Below are positions 44,372 through 57,966 of a stretch of DNA of 64,000 nucleotides, in pieces. The stretch is taken from positions 4,402,001 to 4,466,000 of the forward strand of contig OZ059898.1 in assembly GCA_964057225.1 (NCBI GenBank). The letters are read 5' to 3'. Within the stretch, counting starts at the first letter, position 1. The number at the start of each line of letters is the position of its first letter. The notes beneath the pieces were generated by a model. That model made no database searches and was not told where the DNA came from. It worked only from the letters and a program-made list of their open reading frames with translations. The translations under genes were made by a program, and so were the position numbers. The stretch comes from Auanema rhodensis (taxonomy: Eukaryota; Animalia; Nematoda).

Positions 44372-45152
44372 ATGGTAAGTTTGACTTTTAAAGTTATTTT
44401 GAAAATTTATATTTAAGAGTTCAACGCTTCAACCTTATCTTGATGCTGTCAGAAGTTCCCTTCAGGCTGCTTTGTGCCTAGAACAATTTTCTTCACAGGT
44501 TGTTGAACGACATAATAAACCAGAGGTGAGAGATTAAATAGGAAATTTATGAGTTTTTCAAAACATTTTTAGGTTGAAGTTCGTACTTCCAAAGAACTGC
44601 TTATGACTCCAGTTGTTGTAGCTCGTAATAAGCAGGAACGTGTTTTGATTGAGCCTTCAGTTAATTCAGTTCGGTAAGCATACCGTAATTATTTATTTTA
44701 AATTTTTGTTCAGAATTTCTATTGCTATTAAGAAATCAGATGATATTGAAAATTTTCTTTGTCACAAATTCACTAGATTTATGTGCCAACGTGCAGACAA
44801 CTTTTATGTATTAAGAAGGAAACCAATTGAAGGTTTGTTACATTTTATTCGACGTTTTATATTTTCATTTATATAATCATTTTTTTGAATTTAATTTTTA
44901 ATTGTTTGAAACTCCACTATTTTGGTTTTAGACTACGATATATCCTTCTTGATTACTGCTGCCCATACTGAAACTATGTATAAGCATAAAGTTGTTGATT
45001 TTCTACTTCATTTCATGCAAGAGATTGATAAGGTTAGTTAATTATAAAAACTTTTTAAAACATTTTTTCTGCAGGAAATTAATGATATGAAGTTAGCTTT
45101 GAATGCTAGAGCACGTGTGTCCGCAGAAGAATTCTTGAAACGATTCAATTAA
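44372..45152 (+). CDS. arx-6: Arp2/3 complex subunit 4 (ARPC4, p20)
   Basis: 6 exons; the first coding exon is ATG only (ATG|gtaagt). [40 protein letters not shown]...[17 protein letters not shown]. Confidence 0.97.
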
Positions 45153-45657
45153 AGCTCATGAATTTATGACCGACAAAGAATTATAATTGCTCACTTCAAT
45201 CACTTCGATCTATTAAACGGCTCCTTTTCTCGCTGCCTTATAAACATAACTTTAATTGTCCAGATTATCTATCTTCCATACTTTAATTTATTGCATTAGT
45301 TAATTTTCATACTGTAAATCATTCGTTATACACAGCTTTGTTTCTCTTAAAACAACCGTGGTTAACCATCTATATCATGAGATTGTTCTCACATCATATT
45401 TGTATTTTCTTAGGTACGGCTCTTCCCTACTAGAATAGTATGATGACAATTCATGACTTTAATATTATATTTAACAATCACCAAACTACTGTGTGTGTGC
45501 TTTATGGAGTATTGTTTTTTTAATTTTTACAAAATAACTCAGCTGTTTTAATTTATTATACTGGTTACATCTTTTGTTAATTTAATTCTTTATAAGGGTT
45601 TTTCCCTTAAAATCTATTTCATTGTAGTTGTTCTGTTATAATTTTGATTTTCTTTAG

Positions 45658-46543
45658 ATGCGTATATTAGCATTTCTGGCAGTATTACTTCAATTGTCTT
45701 TTGCGGAAGAAATTTCTGTTCAGGAAAAAGGAGTGTTTAGTATTGAAGGAAATGTAAGCTACTGTATAATATTTATGTCAATTATAATTTTTAATTTAGG
45801 TTATTTTCCCAGCTAATACTAAAGATCAACTTTGGGCTGCTAATTCACGTGTTATTTTGAATCATGGACAATACCTTGGATTTGTACAAGATGATGGCTC
45901 ATTTGTTGTTAATAATGTTCCTTCAGGAAGCTATGTTGTACAGGTGATTTTATCTATTTTTAATTTCATAAATGACTATTTTTATGTCAGGTTGAAAATG
46001 TAGACTTTGTTTTCGAGCCTATTCGTGTTGATATCACAGCTAAAGGCAAAATGCGTGCTCGTAAATTGAATGCTCTTCAGGTTGGTTCACATTTTTTGTC
46101 AGTAATGACATATGTTTTTATAGCCAAACACTGTTAACCAACTACCATATCCATTAAAATTAACAGCTCGGGAATCAACAAAATATTTCCGTAAAAGAGA
46201 AGAATGGAGAGTCACTGACATGTTGATGAGTCCTATGGTTTTAATGCTAGCACTTCCACTTCTTGTGATGCTTATAATACCAAAGTATGTGTTTTCTTGA
46301 AAACTTATGCGGTTTAAGATATTAGTTTCTTAATCTTATAATTGCCCTCAAATTACTCATTACAAAACCAAACTTGTTTTTAGAATCGCAGCTAATGATC
46401 CAAGTCTTCAAAAGGAAATGGAACAAATGCAAATGCCCCGTATGGACATGCCAGATCTTAGTGAAATGTTAGCAAATTATATTGGTGGTTCTAAACCTCA
46501 AAAGAAAAAGACAGGATCTTCGGGAGCTTCTAAGAAAAAGTAG
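45658..46543 (+). CDS. emc-7: ER membrane protein complex subunit 7 (EMC7)
   Basis: 5 exons. Signal peptide MRILAFLAVLLQLSFA; GFVQDDGSFVVNNVPSGSYVV, FEPIRVDITAKGKMRAR, YFRKREEWRVTDMLMSPMVLMLALPLL (TM), MPDLSEM; lysine-rich end. Confidence 0.93.
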
Positions 46544-46762
46544 CAATACTTTGAAAGAATTCTTATTTAATGTTCATCATATTTGAAAAGTGTTTTATCT
46601 ATGTCGTTTCTATCAGGAGTCTCCGTTTTTATTTAATCCGTATTATATTTTATTCTAGTTTCTCATCATATTTAAGATGATTGCTGACATGAATGCGGGT
46701 AGTTTAATAAAATTGAGAACATTAAGTTAGTCAATATTCAAGATTATATAGTTAATATTCTG

Positions 46763-48961
46763 TTATACATCCGGTTTTCCGAATGCCTCTATAATCTGGA
46801 CCATACTGGCATACGTTCCTGTTACAAATCCAAATAAAGCAAAAATCATCAGAGAAATATTTCTTAGCCAGACCCATTTAGTGAGGGCTCCTCTGAAAAA
46901 AACGATTTCATACTAAAATATTATATTCACCATACCTCGAGTAATAACACAATAATTCAATCATGGGAGGGAAGACTAATGTAAGAGAGGTTCCAGCAAG
47001 AGAACCAACTAAAGATATAAAAAGAGCTAGATGAGGGATAAGTTCAGCCATAGCACCTGAAACATTAAATAATTAAAGATATGTTAATCAAAGATGTTTA
47101 CATGTGAATATAACTCCAGCAAATCGTGCTCCGTAGATCAATTTGTCTTGACGTTGCTCTGGGATCTGAATAAATTAATTTAATGTATCATTAATTAAAT
47201 ATAAAACTACCTTTCGTTTAATCCATTTCTCAACACGTTCCATTGGAACATAAAATTGTAATGGATAAGAAACTAATATACATCCAACAAACATAATTTT
47301 AATACATTGATAGAAACTAAAAAAGGATTATTACAATCATTTATTTATAAAAATAAATATATTCTTACTTTGTTTGTGGTAAATTTAATGTTAATGTATC
47401 CATTACAGCATCTCCAAATCGAATATAACCAAAGAAACTGAAAAATTATAATATTTGGTTTCTTTTTGTATTAAAGAATTCATACCCTACAGTACAATAT
47501 AAAAATAAGACAAGTAGACAAGATGTATTCAAAACTCCATTTTTAGTAATAAAATGAATAGGTTCATCCATAAGATTTTCAATAGGAAGAACCTATGTTA
47601 TAAAGATGTTTTATTTTGATTAATGTTATAACTTGCACATACCACAGCTACTCCTTCAAAAGCAAACATTACAGTTCCAAAAAATAGTGGCAAGTTTTTA
47701 ATTTCTCCAATTGCAGGTAATGACCATGATGGACGACTAAAATTTCAAAAATTTTAATTTTACCTAAATGTTTGAACGAACTCAAGTAGGAAAAGTTGTT
47801 GAAGTACTATAACTACAGCAATCAAATAAATAAAATTAGCAACAGCAGCTAATGGAGCCAAAGCCTTAATTATAAGAAAAATCAAAGTTTTTCATTTAGA
47901 AATATTCAATTTTTACTTTAAGCTCACGTATAGTACATAAAGCCAATATAGGTATTAATAGTAATGCAATCCAGCCTGATTGTGAAATATGAATAGATGA
48001 TGTTTGATCGAAGAACTTAAAATTATCTATGAAAATTGAAAATAAGTATGTAATTCAAACTTGTTTAAGGTTATCAGCCATGAAAACAAAATAAACACAA
48101 CAAAATCCAAACTGAGCTACGAACATATTCGTATTAACAACTTGTCTATATATTTCATTAATTTATTTTTTAAAATTAACCCTCACTTCCAAAAGTAGCC
48201 ATAATCTCTAATCCATGATGGTCCAATTTCTACAGCTGAACGCATAACATTGGCATAATCCAGACGCTGCTGAGATTTTCTGAAGCAAATTTTTTTTCAA
48301 AATTTCTTTCTTCTTTTTCTTTTAGTTTTTAAATAAAATAAAATTAGGCATACAAATAAGCAATATAATGCTGAGAGTAGACAAGTTGGCGAGTACAGTA
48401 TATACATATTGAGCAAATAGCAACTAAAAGAACCAATCCAAGCTAGAATAGAAATTATTTTATCTTTTCGTTTTTATAATATATATATGTTTTTTTATTA
48501 TTATATTATATTATTATATAATATAAAATCTTACCCATAAGCCCGCATGTTTGAAAGCTAAAGGCAGAGACAACATTCCAGTTCCCATCATAACCTAAAT
48601 AATGAATTTCCTTATTTGGTTTCGTAAAAAGAAATTTTTTTGAAAGATTTAATGTTTATTTATTTATTTTTCTCACCTTAATCATATGTATAAGGGCTTG
48701 ATCTGCTGTTATAGAACTACTTTCACGGATTCGAGGAGCAAATAATTCATTCATTGGTGGTGATCTGTTACACGAGCCATACGGAGTTATTAAATTAAAA
48801 GTATTTTAAAGAAAATTTTAAAATTTTGAATAAATTCATTTCATTAAAATTCTTTTTTAAAAAAAGTTGTTCTTTTTTTTGCTTTTTAAAATGTTTTACC
48901 TGCTTCCCGCAATAGGTAATAATTCATTTCCAGCCATTGTACTGAACGACGATACAGACAT
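46763..48961 (-). CDS. Proton-coupled amino acid transporter, SLC36 family (Aa_trans)
   Basis: About 15 exons. [98 protein letters not shown]. Ends EAFGKPDV*. Confidence 0.93.
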
Positions 48962-49042
48962 CAGCTTATTACCCTAATTTTTATAAATAAATAAATTTTA
49001 TATATCTATCTATCTATGTATATATCTATATTTATTGAAAAT

Positions 49043-49271
49043 ATTATTGATATAACCGTCGTTGATAAGAATAAAAAAATTTTATCTCAAAAAATATTAA
49101 ACGAATGTTATAATCAAAAAAAGAGAAGTTACTGAAATGAATTTGAAAAAAAAAGTAAAAAAACGAAAATGTCAGATAACAGATTGAAAAAGCTATGTTA
49201 CAATCATGTTAACAAGAAAAAGCCGTAGCTTGAGGAGAATTTTGATAAGAAATGCTAATCAATACTGATAA
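49043..49271. promoter_or_regulatory. Cluster of GATA sites upstream of the SLC36 gene
   Basis: TGATAA at 49043, 49243 and 49266, and AGATAA at 49174, all within 300 bp of the SLC36 5' acceptor. Confidence 0.35.
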
Positions 49272-50031
49272 TACTATATCTATCTAAAAATTGAAGTAGC
49301 ACAGAGAGTTGCTTCCTATGATCTCTTATATCAACGTTCGATCTATATAAAGAATTTTAAGATATTAATATTTGAAAGGGAAATTATATTATTAAGAATA
49401 TCATCTTCTATGCTTTAATGTATAGTTCAATATATATATTTATAGTTTGAACAAGTTCAAATATGAGAAATATATATTAATGATTTACAATACAAATTAT
49501 TAAAAAAAATGAATGGCGCGTAGATATTTTTATAAAAATTCTATAATTCGAATCTCCCGGCTATTTTTACTACGAACTACAACTTTTTGCTAGAAATAAT
49601 AATCAGTTGTCATCATATATCCATATATAGTTAACATCTATTACAAGTTATTTCATTAAGATTAAGAGTTTACTTTTCTTTTTCTCATAATTTATAATAA
49701 TAATCATATATATTTTATGTTCAATTATGTGACAACTTGGTGTGAACATAATAAAACATCTGGCTCTCATAGTTTGTTCATAATCAATCAGCGTTATGTC
49801 TTTGATGTTGTTTAGTGTTAATTATCTATATAACCGTAGGTATGTTCATATAGAGTTCACAAAGCTTATATGGTAACAGATGTACAATCTGAAAAGTATA
49901 TAAAGGATTATTAACATGATGCATGAATCTGTATATTTCACATGAAATGATTGTCTTATACATGTTTTGTAGTTTTTTTTCGTTTTCTTCTTCTTCTTCT
50001 TCTAATGAAATTTTGTTTTTCTTTGTAGACC

Positions 50032-51863
50032 ATGCCTTCAATGTACGTAGTTGTGGACTCTCTTTCAACTCAACAAAGGGAATATCTATCAGGATTATTT
50101 GTATGTTATAAACATTATATTTTAAATTTTTTCTAAATATTTAGCAATATTATAATAAGGATCCTTATGCGATTGTAAATGATTTGAATATATTTTGTAA
50201 TAATAATCAAGAATATCGTACATCTAACGGATTACCACCATCTTCCCCACCACCACAACAGCAGCAGCAGCAGCAAGATGCTCTGGCGCCATTAGAAACT
50301 GTTAGGGCTACTAATGCTGGTACTTCGTCCGGTTTATCTTGTGGAAATTATGCAGAAGGTTTGTTCAAAGAGTTTATATATATATGAGAATTTGTGTTTT
50401 TAGGATATTTCTCTAATAATTATTCAAATTGTTTATCTAATAATTATCTTGAAAACTCACCATATGCTTATGGAGCAAATGATATGAGTAACTTATACTA
50501 TGGATTCAATAATATGCCAAATAATCAAATTTATAATTCAACAATGGCTGTATCTCCTACTTCAAATTACAATGCTAGTGAACAGTATAGTCCAAATATG
50601 CCATATACTACTACTACTACTGCTGGAAACATGAGCAGACATTCTGATGAAGGTTTCTTCTCTGAGTCATCATTTGCTTCTTGCTCAACAACACCTAATA
50701 CGAATTCTTCGTGTAACAGTTCTCCAAGTGATTGTTTTACTCCAGGTTAGTTATTGTCTATTTGTTCGTCTTTCAATATGTTATGTTTTCAGATAATGTT
50801 TGTTCTGAAGAGAAGACAAAGAAATCTTCTGCTGGTAGCAAGTGTGGGTTATCTAGTAAAGAAGATACCTCTGTAACTATTTTATTTTTTCAGTCGTTCT
50901 ATGGGCGGTACTGTGTGATGCCTTTATGAATCCACAATATTCTGGTTCTATTCGCATATATGGGCAGAACTTGGAAAAGATTTCTTTTGTAATCGATGAC
51001 ATGAACCAACTCACTAACATTCTATCAAATTATACAGCTTCGGTATATTTCTCTTAATATTTTAATATAAATAATAATTTTTTTCAGTCTAAACTAAAAG
51101 GACGTATTAGTACATATTTATGGAATGCTGTTCAAAGAGGTTTACTCAAGAAGATCAAGAGAAATAAAAATGTAGCATATGTCCTAACTGAAAGTGCTAT
51201 TGAATGCTTATCACATTTTCTTGAAAAGAAAAATCTTTCACTTGATGATTTCTTCTCTAAAGTAACTTCTTCATCCCAATTACAACATGGTATGTAATTC
51301 TAAAGAAAATATTATATTATAATTATTTTCATTCAAGATATCATGGAAGAAGATGAGGATGAGGATGATGATCAAACAACACGTAAACGTGGAAAGGCTG
51401 GCCTTATCTGGAATATTATAATCGACTGTCTTCTTGATCCTCTTAACCATACTATAGGCTTTTATGGTGGAGAGGGCAACAAATTTGGCTTCTGTATTCG
51501 TAGTGTTGAAGCCTTGTCTGATCAACTGTTTGGATGTCGTGGTTTAACTAGAGTGAGTACTGTAGTTAAATATAATATAATAATATTATAATTTAAGGGA
51601 GAAAAAACCAGAAAGTTACGTATTCTTTTATGGAATGGTACAAACATTCAAAAATATATTGAACGTGTGAATGGTTTGTTTTTGATTAATTGAAATACAA
51701 AATATTTTTATCTTTCTTTGTTTTAGGATCTCTTTCAAATTATCATTTTACTACTCGATCGTTCAAAGTTTTATCTAAAATTTTGACAGCAAGAGATTTG
51801 AAAGTTGAAGATCTGAGGAAAATGTGTCTGGAAAGTTGTTCCAGACATCAACTAATGTACTAA
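50032..51863 (+). CDS. Orphan protein: Q/N/S/Y-rich N-terminus plus two tandem divergent ETS-like winged-helix domains
   Basis: 9 exons splice into one open frame (introns 50101-50144, 50359-50403, 50746-50792, 50844-50893, 51043-51087, 51290-51337, 51553-51597, 51674-51726). Starts MPSMYVVVDSL, ends RHQLMY*. Gene structure is well supported; the domain call is inference. Confidence 0.8.
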
Positions 51864-54800
51864 CGTTTTAAAAATTCTAATAATTTTTTCTCTTTAACAA
51901 ACTGACTAAGTCTCGTCTTTACTAACTATTCCAACTTTTTATTAAGTTGAATAAGTTAGAAGATTGTTTTTTACCCGGTTATTTGTTTTGACATGGATGA
52001 GATTCCTATATTTTTGATTCAATTCGCTATAATAATAATAATTTTTAAGAAAAAATGACAATTTTGTTATTTTTTTAAACGTTTTATTGACTTTATCGTG
52101 TTCAGCTGTTATTGTTGTCTGATATTTACATGTTTTCTAAACATTCAACTTCAGAATGATTTAGTTTATCATCTTTCAACTTGTATCATCTTTTCCTTAC
52201 CAGAACTAACTCTCGGATCTCTTATTCTGGTCATTCACATTTATAATTTCTTACTTAGTGTATATATGAAAAAATAAGCTTAATATCTAAACACTGAATA
52301 AATTGAAAATTTGGCAAAAAATGTTTTTTTTTTTTAATTTTTTAGGATACAATACCATATATATATATCCATATTAATATATAATTCAAATAATTTATAA
52401 CAAATTTAAAATGAAATAGCTTATTAGGTGAAATATTCTTTCAAGATACAAGAAATATTTTTAAAGCTATGTTTAACAGTATGTTTTAGCCTTTATATAT
52501 ATAAAAGGTGGGCTACAGTATAATTCTTAAAAAAAACTTGTAAAAGTATGATTCAAAAACATAATCGTAAGAGGTTAGATGCTTGTCTGAATCACAAAAA
52601 AAAGAACAAGACAAGCCAGACAAAGAGCAATAGGGAGGCGAAATAGGCCAGGAATCAGAGAACGTTTTGAGATGTCTTGGCAGTTAGGCTTGTTTTCATT
52701 TATATTTCTCCTTGTTTGTATCTTTTATATTTATGAGCAATTTCAAAATATTTTTGTGAAACAGGATTAAAAACACGAAGAGCATACAGCTAATGCTATA
52801 ACTTGTATGTTACAACATTTGTTTTGATATTAATTTTTGTAATAATCGGAGGATAAAGCGATATAATCTTTTGGAAAGTTGGTGAATTTTTAACTCTCGA
52901 AACGACATATAATTTAAACATTTATTTTTATTATATTATTTATAATTTATATTTTAATTGAAAGTTATAACTATATAAAAGGTTTTTTTTAAACTTTTAC
53001 ATTTCATATAGCATAAGATGGGTGGAGTCTTATGAGATGTGATGTCCAATAGGGTTGCACCTATGACAGTAACCAATGAATTGATTTAACCTTAAGTTTT
53101 GTATATATTATCATACACATTACATATTTAAATGATTTTTATTAATCTTTTTAATTATTTTTTAATTATTTTAATATATTTCATGAATAATTATACGTTA
53201 ATAACAATTTATATATCTAAAACTTGATAAGTTATCAACGTTTATAAATAATCTTTGTAGGTTTTATAACTATTTTGTAACAAAACTGTCTATATATGTA
53301 AGTATTATATGTTTTCATTCGGAGAAATCATTTAAAACAATTAAAATCAAAATCAATTATCATTTGAATTCTTTGCAAAATTGAAACTGTTTACTTTTAT
53401 GACGTAATGGTTCGCTAATCTAAGGCTAGTCTGATGTTCTTTCATCTTTTCTATCGTGCTTGACTATCGAAGGAAGAGGGAGATTTGTTTGGGTAAATGG
53501 GTCCACACATCGAAAGCGAAATGGGTGTTCGGCCTGAGATTCTCTGTTAAAGTCATAGTTGTCCAAGCGAATTTTCCGTGTTAGGCTTAGCATCATGGCC
53601 GTGACTGTATGTTGTCCCAATTTTCACGCTCAACGCGCTTGAAGGAGAGATGTATCTAGCCCTTGATGACGACAACTTAATTTCTCTCTTTCTCTCTCTC
53701 CCTCTCCCTCTCTATTTCTTTATATTTTTCTCTCTCTGTCTCTTTATCTTTTTTTCTCCCCTTTTCTCGACTATTCCCTCGTGTTCTTCCTCATCCGTTC
53801 TCCTTTCCTCCATCTTCCACCTCCAGTCTATATCAATTTTTTTGTTTTTCTCTTCGCTCTCCTCATTGCATTTCCTTTTGACCCAACTAACCAAAGCCGT
53901 CGTCTTCATCGTAGCAGCAGGTACACCAACAGAGTTTCACATAGTTATGCATGCTCCGGAAGCTTTACAGTAATCATGCGTATCATATATGTTTCCATTT
54001 CAACACTTTTTCCTTAGTCATAGCATCTTCAACAATTTTTTTCATATTCAGATAATAGTTTTTCTTTTATTCATATCTTATTCTTTCTTTTTATATTTAT
54101 CGTTTACAATTTCTAAGTCTCTCACTGCTAACGGTTAATCGTTTATAAAGAAATCTTTTTTTATTAAAAGAATATACAGTATCGTTTTTTTCTTTTCAAA
54201 AATAAATTTGTTGAATACTATTACATATTCTTATTTTGTTTTCTTTAAAATTTTAAATCTTTTTCTTTTCATTTTATGCTTAATTTTAAAATTTGTTTTT
54301 CAAATCAGAATTTTAAATATATTATTATAATTTTCTAATTTAACATATTATACATATATAATTGATTTTTAAACTGTTTCTCTTCTTTTAATGTCCTGTT
54401 TATCTATTTATCAATTGTCGCTTCCGAACAGCTTACCTCCTTATATGGAGATCCCATGACCTTGTGTCTGTTGCCCAATTCGCGATCTGACGAATTTCGG
54501 TCGACACGCACTTAGCACTTCTTCGTCTCTTCGTAGTCATCATCTTCTACTCCTTCATCATGTTCATTAGAAACTTTTAGAATATATATATCTATGCATT
54601 ATATATACTATAGATATACCATATAGTTTAAAATAATTTTTATTAAATATAATATTCATATACGTTTGTATATTCTAAAACAAAATTATTTTTATTTATA
54701 AATATTATTATACAAATGTCTAAAAAAACAAATTTTATAGATAATTAGTTTATATATTAGCTTTTTAAATTAAAAAAAATATAATTAAAATTATATAATT

Positions 54801-57265
54801 AGTATAAATTATCATTTTAACATATAGTATATATGAATACTGTATAATATTCTTAAACAAAAAATAAATGATAATACTTATATGAATATATATAGTTAAT
54901 TACATATAGTATATTATAAAATATATTTTTATTTTTCAATTTTTGTTTCAAATTATACTTCCTTTTCTTAAAAATTTCAAAAAAAAATGATTTTAGCTTT
55001 CCTTGAAAAAAAGCTTTTTTCTCGATTTTTCAATTTATATTACTGGGATGATATAGCATAAGATTGTGTAGTTCTTAATTTTTATTTCATTTGTCTACTA
55101 CGAAATGTGAAAAAAAAAGAGAAACGAAGATATAAAAGAGCTATGTCCTTGATATGATAACTGACTGATCCGACGTTGCCAGTAGACACCTTGTCATATC
55201 AATCTAAGTGTCTGCTTTTGATTTTTTGATTACCTCTGATTAGACACATCCTATAATTCCGTCGTGTCTATTAGCATATATTATTATATTTTCTTATTAT
55301 TATCAGTTAAAAATATTATATTTATCATTATATATCTTATTTTTTCCTTTTAAACTTATCTGTTAAGCTAAGCTTGATTGGGGGAAGGCTAAAAGCCAAT
55401 GCACAAGGAGTTTTATCATCTAGAGTTTCTCTTCTATCCCTTTAGCTTCTCGGTAGTCTAAGAGGATAATAAAGAATGATTGAAAGTAAGAAGGTTTAAA
55501 GCATGTTCCTCTTCCTGTTTCCTATTATTCTCACCCTTTCACTATCTCTGGTATACCGAAGAGACTTATAGTTGTCTCTCTCTCTCTCTATGTATCTTGC
55601 TCGATGTATCGCGCTTTTCCTATTCCCGCAGGTCTATTGGGCTTGGTTTTCCTTACTTATCTTACGTTTAATTTGTATCGCAGTCTACAAAAATACAAGA
55701 GACTCATGCATTACTGGCCTTTTAAATCTCTCCTGCTTTCCTTTTACGTGGTTTCATGCTCTCAAAGAGAGACTACTTCAATATCAAGTCTTCCTCCTTC
55801 TCTCTTCCTCTCTCTCTTCCTCCCTCTCTCTTTCTCTCTTTTTCGTTCTTTATTCTCTTGATTTTTCCAAATCCTATGTAGATTCTTTCATCGTTCTCCT
55901 TGCTTCTTCCTATCCCCTCTGGTACTAGTTTAGTATTTCGGGTCACTGCATTGTCGCTAATCGTCTAACGATTTCTGTGTTGCTGTTCGGTCTCTCTGTC
56001 TCAACTATGTCCCCTTCTTCGTCATCTTTCCTGATCCCTTTCCTTTTCTTTATTTGTTATGTATTTATATGTTTGGAATAAAAAAGAAAATTATTCTTCA
56101 GTTGACCCATCCATTCACCTCTAAGTATGCTTGTTCCATCAATCTAAACCTTCTTCCGCTTTTCCTGCAAGCTGTACTTCAAGTTTAAGAATGCCTTCAA
56201 AAGGTTTTCTGGTATTCTTTTACTAAAAGATACATCTACATTATACTTTTTTAAAGTTTAATGCCAGTCTTAACTCTTTTTTGATTAAATTCGAGTACTT
56301 ATATTCATGAAAATTGTAATTCTTGTGTAATTCATGAAGATTTTCTATTGACATATTCAGAAGTTCAGATGGTGAACTCATTGCTTTTTTAGTCGTTTTC
56401 CCTTTTCCGTTCACAATAATCTCTGCTTTTCTTCCTCATTTTTAGAATGAGGTGCAGTTGACGCATTGTGTCCTCAATCATGATGGCTGAAGCAACGCAA
56501 GGGTTTCTGCCCTCATTACTAATCGTCATTGCCTTCCATTTCGTTTTCACACACTTCTTAGGTCGTTTTTTGGCCACAAATTTTACTTATAATTAATAAT
56601 CTTCTTCATATTCTTATTAATTTTTTTATATTATATGAAATATTCACGAGAAACATGCAACTTGTTTACATCTACCTGTTCAATATTGCAGCTCAAGAGT
56701 ATGAGTTGATGCATCATTTTGTTTTTTTTCCTCCTTTTCCTTATGTAATACCTCAATACCATTTTGAATATTATGCAAATGGACTTCCATGCATAGCTAC
56801 TAGCCTTACCTTTCTTGTCATCTAGTTGTTGTTGTCATACTTTGTTGTCAACCACAGCTATGTCTCCGTCTCCGATATCGTCTTCGTTGTCGCTCTCCCG
56901 TGATGACCCGACTAGTGTACCCTGCCTAATTTCGAGTTCAGGTCTTGCGCTAGTTGCAGGCTGCGCAACTTCTATTCTAATTTAGTATTTCATATTACCT
57001 TCTCTCTAATTGAGGTAAAAGAGGGAAAAAAGAAAAATGTCACTATCTCTTGCTTACTCTGGCTAACGATTTTCAATTTTGATTCTATCCTTTGTTCTCA
57101 ATTTAAAATAATAATTTTTGAGAGTTAACTGTAACTAATCTTCTATTAACCATATAATATGTATTTTGAGTTCAATGATAGTTCGCACTCCTATCTTATA
57201 TTTCTCTCAATTCATATATTATCTATTAGGTTTTTGAGTTATTTTAACAAAACTAATAGCACATA

Positions 57266-57966
57266 CAGTCCTGTGCGAAATAGTTGGGACACCCCTATGT
57301 TAGAGGCCCCAGAAAACCCCTTCAAACTACAAAAAAAAATTTTTTTTTAATTTCAAAAATTTTGCGAGTTCATATAGTTTATATTCAGTCAAAATATATG
57401 TTAATATAACTAAAACTGATTTAAATATTGTTTTCTAAATTTATAAGGAAATTTAGTGTTTTTTGACTATTTTGAATAATCCCTTTTGATTTAACAAAAT
57501 TTGAGATTAGGAACATTTTAATTCATTAAAAAATATTTTAAAATGATTCTAGGCACAAAGCTCAATCAATAACTAAGTTTTTCCTATGGCATAGCTTCAA
57601 ACAAGTAAGCTTCAGCATCTGAATCTTACTGAATATCTATGAAGATAACTTGGTTAACATACAACCAAATTCTCCCGTTCAAAAGAAAAAATGACGTTTA
57701 GTGTACTCCTAACATTCTATAAAAAAATTGTTTCTGAAGTCTTGATGAAACTTCTGAAATTCAAAAAAGAAGACTTCAAGCAGTTTATGAAAATTTCGGA
57801 GACTCCGGAAAATACTTTTAAACATAATTTTTTGATTGTTTTAAATTTTTTCTAAGTTCATTATCATTTTTTAACACTCAAAATATATTTTTTCTGATTT
57901 TTTGTAGTTTGTCTGAGAAGGTATAAGGGATTCTAGTGAGTGTCCCAACTATTTCGCACAGGACTG
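57266..57966. mobile_element. Non-autonomous Tc1/mariner-type element (MITE), 701 bp
   Basis: Perfect 27-bp TIRs CAGTCCTGTGCGAAATAGTTGGGACAC (57266-57292 and 57940-57966). TA target-site duplication (57264-57265, 57967-57968). Subterminal inverted AAACTACAAAAAA (57324-57336 and 57898-57910). No transposase ORF. Confidence 0.93.

Noticed and set aside
45440-45545. ATGATGA as a possible box C/D snoRNA between arx-6 and emc-7
   Set aside because: No downstream CTGA D box or terminal stem.
47737-47763. Apparent 27-nt intron in the SLC36 gene
   Set aside because: An in-frame donor (GA|gttcgt, 47781) gives a typical 45-nt intron.
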